A DNA stretch of 63,356 bases, counting the filler, from Aduncisulcus paluster (taxonomy: Eukaryota), in the NCBI GenBank assembly GCA_024181965.1. It is 4 parts of 4 records of this genome, joined end to end, with 100 filler letters (N's around TTAATTAATTAA, not from the genome) between each part and the next. Parts side by side here need not be neighbours in the genome. Positions count along the whole stretch, not along the records: positions 48,866 to 63,356 come from BQXS01012652.1; 3 more parts are not named here. One strand, 5' to 3'. Of the stretch, positions 56,320 through 63,356 are shown piece by piece. Numbering within the stretch: the first letter of the stretch is position 1; every line of letters starts with the position of its first letter. Under the pieces are notes generated by a model. That model saw nothing but the letters and a program-made list of their open reading frames with translations. It ran no database searches and had not been told where the DNA came from. Both the position numbers and the translations under genes were made by a program.

Positions 56320-58880
56320 ATGTCGGGTGAAGCTCATTTTCCAATAACAAGTCGGTTTCATCAGCCTTCTCCTGAATTTAAGGGGCTTCTTCCCAATTTG
56401 ATAAGGAAATCTATCAAAATGTATGGGAAGAGAACTGCCTTCGGTGTTTACAGGTCATTCTGTCTTGAAGGGAAACGAGGATCATATGAATACATTACAT
56501 ATTCTCAATTTGGGTCGATGGTTGCCTCTCTTGCGGCTGCCCTTAGAGATCTCGGGATAAAGAAAGGAGATCGTGTTGGTGTGTGGAGTTATAATCGTGT
56601 CGAATGGCATGTGCTTGATTTGGCTTGTAACTGTGAAGGAATTGTCTTAGTTCCCCTTTACGATTCACAGGGACTCAAAGAAGTCGAGTTTGTTGCAAAC
56701 AATGCAGACATCAAGATGTTATTTATCACCGTCGAAGTATTATCTAAATTTAACTCAATATACGATAAAATGCCAGAGACACTTGAGAATGTCATCCTTT
56801 TCGATGACCGTCCCGATGATCGTGCGTTGTTAGTCAAACATTGTCTTCGGCTCACCACCAAAACAATTGCTACTTGCCCATACACAGAAGAAGAAGTTCA
56901 AGATATGGAAGTGCGCCAAGGGATATCTTTTCCTCCCGACAAGACCTTTTATAAACGGATGAAAGAATTCACTCTTCCTCCTCCTGTGAAGCCTCTTCCT
57001 GATGGATCTTACTCATACCAGCCCCAGGAACACGTTGCGCCCACCCTCACTCTCTCTGCTACCGAAAGTCTCGTTCTTTTGGATCACGTTACCTATGGAT
57101 ACCATCAATTGTTGTCGGCTGGCCGTAAATTCCTCAGACGGTCAGGAGAAAGCCTNNNNNNNNNNNNNNNNNNNNGATATCTTTTCCTCCCGACAAGACC
57201 TTTTATAAACGGATGAAAGAATTCACTCTTCCTCCTCCTGTGAAGCCTCTTCCTGATGGATCTTACTCATACCCGCCCCAGGAACACGTTGCGCCCACCC
57301 TCACTCTCTCTGCTACCGAAAGTCTCGTTCTTTTGGATCACGTTACCTATGGATACCATCAATTGTTGTCGGCTGGCCGTAAATTCCTCAGACGGTCAGG
57401 AGAAAGCCTGAGTTTGCCAAGATGCCCAGAGGATAGCAAACCTGATGATCTCGTCAGTATCGTGTATACCAGTGGGACTGGGGGGGATCCGAAAGGTGTT
57501 GAACTCACGCACACTAATCTCTTGGCTGCCACATACATGTTTGCTCCCGTTGTGAAGAGAGATCTGCACGGCAGGATTGTGATCCTTTCTTTCCTTCCTT
57601 CCGCCCACATCTTCCAGCGTGCCATCTCAATGGTGGTCTTTCGTATGGGAGGTTGCATGTGCTTCTTTCAAGGGACTGCCAAGACTATCATGGATGATCT
57701 ATTCTTTACGAGACCATCGGTCTTTGTTGCTGTTCCGAGGGTGTTCCAGAAGTTATTTGAAACCGTTATGAAGAAACTCAAGAAATCCGGAATGATCGCC
57801 AATCTTCTTTTCTTCAAGGCTCTTAACAGTCTTACAAAGACCAAATATGTTCTTAAGAAAGAAAAACCCTCTTCAAAGATGGAATTTGTATTTGGAGCCA
57901 TTCGTTCTCTCCTGGGAAATCGTTGCCAGCAGATCATCAGTGGCAGTGCTCCTCTTTCTCCTCGTGTGGCCGAGTTTGTGGGCTGTGTGATGGGCTGTGA
58001 GTTAGTCGAAGGCTGGGGTGCCACCGAGACAACTGCAGCTGGAATTGTTCAGACGTGTCCTTGCAGAACTTATGGTAACTGTGGAAAACCTTTGGGAGAT
58101 TTCCAGGTCAAACTGGTTGATGTGCCTGAACTTGAGTATGTCACAGATGCACCGATTCCTCGTGGTGAGCTCTGTGTGAAGGGAGCAAATGTATTTACAA
58201 GGTACTGGAAAAATCCCGAGAAAACCGCTGAATCATTCGATAAAGATGGATTCTATCACACTGGAGACATTGCACAGTTCATTGATGGGTATATTCAGAT
58301 TATTGATCGGAAGAAATGTGTCTATAAGTTGAGTCAAGGGGAGTTTGTGAGTGCTGAGGCTCTTGAACGTGCCTACACGTCATCAAGCCTTGTATCAACT
58401 GCATTCATGTATGGAAATAGATACGAAAGCTTTGTCCTTGCTGTTCTACAGATAGATGAGAAAGAAGTCCGTGAACAAATTGTTTCTGAGGGTGTTTTGT
58501 CAGCTGATGATCTGAGTGAGCTTGAATCGATGGAGGATCTTTGCAAGGAGCCCAAAGTTATATCTTTCGTGCACAAATCAGTAACAGAAGCATGTCGTGA
58601 GGCCAAATTACGTTCGTTTGAGATCCCACGTGCCATTATTTTAGAATGGGATGAATGGACAATTGACAATCGATGCATCACGCCTTCGTTCAAAATAAGA
58701 AGACCTTTCCTCCGCTCGAAATATGAACGGAGACTCATTGACATTTACTCTCGAATCAAATCCGCCATCAAACCAGGTCATAGATTGAGTACTATCATGG
58801 CTGCTAATTTGGTATGCGCTTCCCTTGCGTTAGGAGACATGGGCGCTGCTAGTGTTACATCTGGTGAAACTGCGTTATGA
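56320..58880 (+). CDS. ACSL: Long-chain fatty-acyl-CoA synthetase
   Basis: YTSGTGGDPKG, SFLPSAHIFQ, GWGATET, GFYHTGDI and IIDRKKCVYKLSQGEFVS; the split is due to a gap duplication. Confidence 0.93.
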
Positions 58881-59169
58881 TTATGATATTTTTTTCGTTA
58901 CTTAATGCTTTCTTTTTGATTGTTTTCTCATTTGATTTTTTTTTTTTTTGGTTTCTGGATTTTAAGATCTTGCCCCCACGCTATTTTTTTTAAAGATAAT
59001 TGAAAAAAATAAACTTTAAGAGTGTCTTATATTTTTTGATGTAAACAAAGGTTTCAATTTAATGATTGGTCCTTGGAAGATGAGAATGGCGTTTGGGCTG
59101 CATATATACAGTATTTCAAAATTATTTTATTAATTTGATATTATTTATCTCAAGTGAAATTTGTATTTG

Positions 59170-60627
59170 ATGTTTAGACTCAATATTACAGCTGGATTAA
59201 TCCTTTTTGTATTATTCTCTTCGTTTTCATTTATTTTTGCTTCAAACTTTGTTGCTGATGATTATTTCCCAATATATGCGAGTTATGTATTCCGTCATGG
59301 TGATAGGACTCCAATATACCCCTTAGCTCCCTCGAAAGAAGTTTCTACTCATTGGCAGGATATGCAAGGGAATCGTTCCGCTGGGCAACTTACAGATAAT
59401 CCAGGTGTTGAAAAAGCGTATGCAAAGGGAGAATCATTCTATAATGCTTTGGTTGCTGAAGAAAATCCCTATGCTCTTCTTCCAACTTCCTATAATTTTT
59501 CCACCATTCAATTCCAGGCTACTGATTGCGATCGTACCTTAATGACCGGATATAGTATTATTGCCTCAATGTATCCAGCCGATGATGACTCTCAGTCCTC
59601 CATCCCTGGTAATTCTCAGGCCATTCCAATTCAGTCTGTCGAGTCTACAAAAGATCCTCTTCTTCGTCCATTCAATACGTGTAATAAGTTGATTGCCCTC
59701 CACAATAGTCTGAATGAGATCGAACCCCTCTGGGCTGAATATGAAGACCGTAAGGCCGACCTTGATTCCGTGTCAACAAAGATCGGAGTTGCTTGCAATG
59801 GTCCTCAAGATGTCCAGCATGTGTACGACCCACTTAACTGTGATCAATCCCACTATGGCTCTCTTCCCGATAGTGTGACTATGGATGAGTTCGGAACTGT
59901 TGTCGAGATGTTTAATGTAGTCGAATCATATGAATTCACGACTGAAGATCCGTACTATCAAATGTACTCATGCACATTCCTCAGGGAATTACGTGACCAC
60001 ATCCAATCTCTGTTCGACAATAATATCCCGACTGCCGACGCTCACTTCTATTTCGGACACGACTCAACGTTGATGTCCTTGAGAGCTGGTTTGGGGGTCG
60101 TAAATGAATCCATCCCCGAGTATGTTTCAAACCTGTCCTATGAAGTGATGGTCGAGAAAACATCACCATACCGTGCGTCATGGGTGGCTGACCGTGTTTC
60201 CGTGCAGAACGCTGACATGAGACATTTTGTATTGAGGTTTGTGTTTGCGAATAACTCAGAATCATACACAGGCGATGCGTATGCTTCACCTTATCTTGAC
60301 GAATATATCAAGAATAACAAACTGTCAAATACGCTTTTGGACGGTACCTCGCTTCCAACCGGATATTACCGGCTTGACATATTCATGTCCTATGTGAATG
60401 ATGAAGTTTGGGACGAAGATACTTTCTGGAAAGAGTGTGGAAATGTTGACACTTCCTTGAAATGGTACTGGGGAATGATCCTTGGAATGGTCATTGTTGG
60501 GGTTATTTTTACGATTGTTTTGGTCACATATTACAATACTGGCGAACGGAAGTCGACAAAGAGAAGGGATGATTATTTCAATGCTACACAAGGATCCGTT
60601 GATCAGGGGGATCATTTGCTCGTGTAA
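59170..60627 (+). CDS. Histidine acid phosphatase, type I membrane protein (lysosomal acid phosphatase-like)
   Basis: Signal peptide, RHGDRTP and GHD catalytic motifs, C-terminal TM helix and short tail. Confidence 0.92.
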   Translation: MFRLNITAGLILFVLFSSFSFIFASNFVADDYFPIYASYVFRHGDRTPIYPLAPSKEVSTHWQDMQGNRSAGQLTDNPGVEKAYAKGESFYNALVAEENPYALLPTSYNFSTIQFQATDCDRTLMTGYSIIASMYPADDDSQSSIPGNSQAIPIQSVESTKDPLLRPFNTCNKLIALHNSLNEIEPLWAEYEDRKADLDSVSTKIGVACNGPQDVQHVYDPLNCDQSHYGSLPDSVTMDEFGTVVEMFNVVESYEFTTEDPYYQMYSCTFLRELRDHIQSLFDNNIPTADAHFYFGHDSTLMSLRAGLGVVNESIPEYVSNLSYEVMVEKTSPYRASWVADRVSVQNADMRHFVLRFVFANNSESYTGDAYASPYLDEYIKNNKLSNTLLDGTSLPTGYYRLDIFMSYVNDEVWDEDTFWKECGNVDTSLKWYWGMILGMVIVGVIFTIVLVTYYNTGERKSTKRRDDYFNATQGSVDQGDHLLV

Positions 60628-60895
60628 CTGTAAAAGATAAACTCATTATTTAATAGTATTCATCGTATTTAATAAAATATCAAAATATTATCCTTGGAGG
60701 TGATTGTTGAGTGTGTTATTCTGTTTTATAATATTAAATGCATTATAATATCAATTTATATGCGATTCTCATCCTCATTGAAGGATATTTTACGCATTTT
60801 GATGGTGAAAAAATCATTTCATCTGCTTTGGTTGCTTTCACTTATTTTTGATTCAGAATCTTATCTTAAATTTATATACAATCCATAGGTTATTT

Positions 60896-62491
60896 ATGGG
60901 AATTACAATAGGCATTGATGAAACTGGTAGGGGACCCGTTCTTGGACCAATGGTCTATGCGGCTGCTTGGATGCCATCAAGCGAATTAGACATTCTAAAG
61001 AAGATAAAAGTTGATGATTCAAAACAACTCTCTGTGAAAAAGCGATGTGAAATTCGTGCTAATATGCAAAAGGTAAAATCGTTACATATCCTTCCTTCAA
61101 TAATTACTGCTGAAACGTTATCATATAAAATGCTTGGGTTATCGCATGAGTCGCTTAATGAAATCNNNNNNNNNNNNNNNNNNNNTTTATATACAATCCA
61201 TAGGTTATTTATGGGAATTACAATAGGCATTGATGAAACTGGTAGGGGACCCGTTCTTGGACCAATGGTCTATGCGGCTGCTTGGATGCCATCAAGCGAA
61301 TTAGACATTCTAAAGAAGATAAAAGTTGATGATTCAAAACAACTCTCTGTGAAAAAGCGATGTGAAATTCGTGCTAATATGCAAAAGGTAAAATCGTTAC
61401 ATATCCTTCCTTCAATAATTACTGCTGAAACGTTATCATATAAAATGCTTGGGTTATCGCATGAGTCGCTTAATGAAATCTCTCATGATGCTGCCATAAA
61501 TCTTGTTCACACGATTCATCAAACAGAGAAAGAAATCGATTCTCTCTATGTTGATACTGTCGGTAAGCCTGAGAAATACAGAGATATATTACGCAGACGT
61601 CTTCCGTTCATTCCAAACATTGTTGTTGAAGCGAAAGCTGACGGGACATACCCCATTGTCGGTGCAGCCTCCATCTTTGCCAAGTTCCTCAGAGACAGGA
61701 TCGTTGAAGGTGAAGCCAAGGTCAGGGGACTGGATAAATCATTGAAGAAACGAAGGTCTTCAGCTTCTGCGAGAGTGGGTGCTTGTGATGAACAGCAATC
61801 CTTCCCAGGTGTTGATGTTACACAAGAGATGGGTGATCCTGACATTCCATCCGAGGACTCTGGTAGTGATGATCATGAAGGGACTGGAATGGGTGTGGAT
61901 GGTGTTATGCATGGTGTTATGGATGGGGATGTGGATTGTGATGGATCCATTCCAAGTGTTTTGCTCACATCTCGAGAGAAATCGGAACATTACATTGCGT
62001 CTCGACACACTTGCTCCCAATTTGATGACACTATCATCGAGTCATTGCAGCATGTCAACTTCACTGAATCAATCACTCCACACGACTTACCCTCGATCTC
62101 ATCTTACTTGTCCCCATCCCAGACCCTTCCTGAGAGCTTCCTGGCCTTTGGGAGTGGGTATCCCGGTGGTTCCACGACCAAGGCATGGATCAGACGGCAT
62201 ATACATAATGTGTTCGGATTCCCGAGTGTCGTGCGGTTCTCATGGAAGACAACTCGGACATTATTGCAGGATTCAACCGGGGGTTCTCAGGACGGTTCTA
62301 CCGGTAAGAGACGGCACATTATCAAAGTTGAGTGGGAGAGTGATGAGATTCTCGAATCTGATAGTTCGTATCGGAAGAAACGGATGGAGGAAGTTCAGGA
62401 TCATGTCAAAGATCTCAGGAGTCAGAATTGTGCCTCGTTGGATGCCAGTAGAGATGTCAGGGGATTCGGAGATCGTATCAAATGGTTGTGA
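60896..62491 (+). CDS. RNASEH2A: Ribonuclease H2 catalytic subunit A with a large insertion
   Basis: GIDETGRGPVLGPMVY, DSKQL, YVDTVG, KADGTYPIVGAASIFAK, GSGYP and FGFPSVVRFSW. The N-terminal repeat is a gap artefact. Confidence 0.94.
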   Translation: MGITIGIDETGRGPVLGPMVYAAAWMPSSELDILKKIKVDDSKQLSVKKRCEIRANMQKVKSLHILPSIITAETLSYKMLGLSHESLNEIXXXXXXXLYTIHRLFMGITIGIDETGRGPVLGPMVYAAAWMPSSELDILKKIKVDDSKQLSVKKRCEIRANMQKVKSLHILPSIITAETLSYKMLGLSHESLNEISHDAAINLVHTIHQTEKEIDSLYVDTVGKPEKYRDILRRRLPFIPNIVVEAKADGTYPIVGAASIFAKFLRDRIVEGEAKVRGLDKSLKKRRSSASARVGACDEQQSFPGVDVTQEMGDPDIPSEDSGSDDHEGTGMGVDGVMHGVMDGDVDCDGSIPSVLLTSREKSEHYIASRHTCSQFDDTIIESLQHVNFTESITPHDLPSISSYLSPSQTLPESFLAFGSGYPGGSTTKAWIRRHIHNVFGFPSVVRFSWKTTRTLLQDSTGGSQDGSTGKRRHIIKVEWESDEILESDSSYRKKRMEEVQDHVKDLRSQNCASLDASRDVRGFGDRIKWL

Positions 62492-63356
62492 TCATGCTTC
62501 GAGGATTTGGTGAGGTATTTAAATGAAGCTTTCTTTATTACTTTTAACGTGTGTATAAATCATTTATGAGTGTTTTTTAATGTTAAATTGAGCAAGGAAA
62601 AGTTTTCACTAAAACTTGGTTGAACTAAACAGCATGATTAGAGGTGATCTTGAAGATAGAGTTTGAATTGATAATTCCTTTCTAAGACATGTTACCAAGG
62701 AAGTAAAAAGTAAAAACTAACTGAATTGGATTTTATAAATGAATTATCAATCAAGCAGAGAAGAGTTGAGAACAATGCGAATCCCAAAGGAAACCAGAAG
62801 TATAGCTTCTCTGCCAATAAGTCGATGATATATTCACAATATTCATAGATTTCAACTGCAACTTATCGGCATATTATGTCACTTTAGAATCCAATATGTA
62901 AACAAAACTGGGACTTATGAAACGATTTTGTATCAGGAGTGGATTCACAAGGATGGCATGCAATATATAATCCAAAGAAAATGTTCATATATTTTTATGT
63001 ATATATTATGCGATATCAATTTCAAAGATGGCCAATTGAGAGTTGTAAGTTTGGTGGCCATCTTTTCCCGCTTTTAGAGCAAATCGTATGTTTACTATAT
63101 GTCACATCTTTTATTAAATGTATATTAAGATATATATTAATTGGATCCATTCAATTATACTCACTATATTGTGCTGTGTGGTCGTTTCTTGTTCGTTTTG
63201 TTCATTTTGTTCGTTTTGTCTTTGTTTCTCGGACTGTTCTCTTTGAAATTCGCAATTATTCTGTTCGTTCACAAATACTATCATTATTCTGCTTGGTTTT
63301 ATTTTTTAGATAATATTCTATCTCTATTCAAATGAGTTCATTCACAGATTCTGTTA

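Noticed and set aside
53804..60627. Lysosomal gene cluster (HGSNAT-like plus acid phosphatase)
   Set aside because: Only two genes, on opposite strands and separated by an unrelated gene; chance adjacency is sufficient.
60871..61480. Apparent tandem N-terminal domain in RNase H2A
   Set aside because: Identical sequence on both sides of a 20-N gap indicates an assembly overlap.
6071..62491. Hexamitid-type TAA/TAG-to-Gln genetic code
   Set aside because: Conserved genes end at the expected place in TAA (carbamate kinase, SRP54, PSMB1) or TAG (ALG2) and have no internal TAR codons.
62939..63356. Short ORFs and a 9-bp TTGTTCGTT repeat at the window end
   Set aside because: No consistent exon model or recognisable homology.
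1..63356. CRISPR array or prokaryotic operon/defence system
   Set aside because: No regularly spaced repeats; gene content and introns are eukaryotic.

Overview
This window is AT-rich, gene-dense eukaryotic DNA, most likely from an anaerobic metamonad/fornicate protist. That assignment is an inference from the arginine-dihydrolase carbamate kinase, Giardia-like GTATGT intron donors, and kinase and beta-sandwich repeat proteins resembling families I associate with the Carpediemonas-like organism Aduncisulcus. It is not one locus: four contigs are joined by artificial N44-TTAATTAATTAA-N44 linkers, and eight 20-N gaps carry duplicated flanks that break or duplicate several genes. Recognisable genes are carbamate kinase, ALG2, a PDCD2/Tsr4-like protein, a chromodomain protein, a SHIPPO-repeat protein, eIF3g, TyrRS, a RING-LRR protein, an ARID protein, proteasome beta-6, tRNA-Lys(CUU), SRP54, Rrp5, an HGSNAT-like protein, long-chain acyl-CoA synthetase, a histidine acid phosphatase and RNase H2A. 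Manual splicing recovers genes the ORF track misses or mis-starts: an RRM protein, a 3-exon TPR protein, a 65-aa STMP1/DUF4535-like micropeptide and two micro-exon starts. The most unusual signals are that micropeptide, a non-coding element with C/D-box-like motifs present on two contigs, chains of single-nucleotide-centred palindromes near gene 3' ends, and an IS630/Tc1 transposase remnant next to a WRKY/FAR1-like domain gene.
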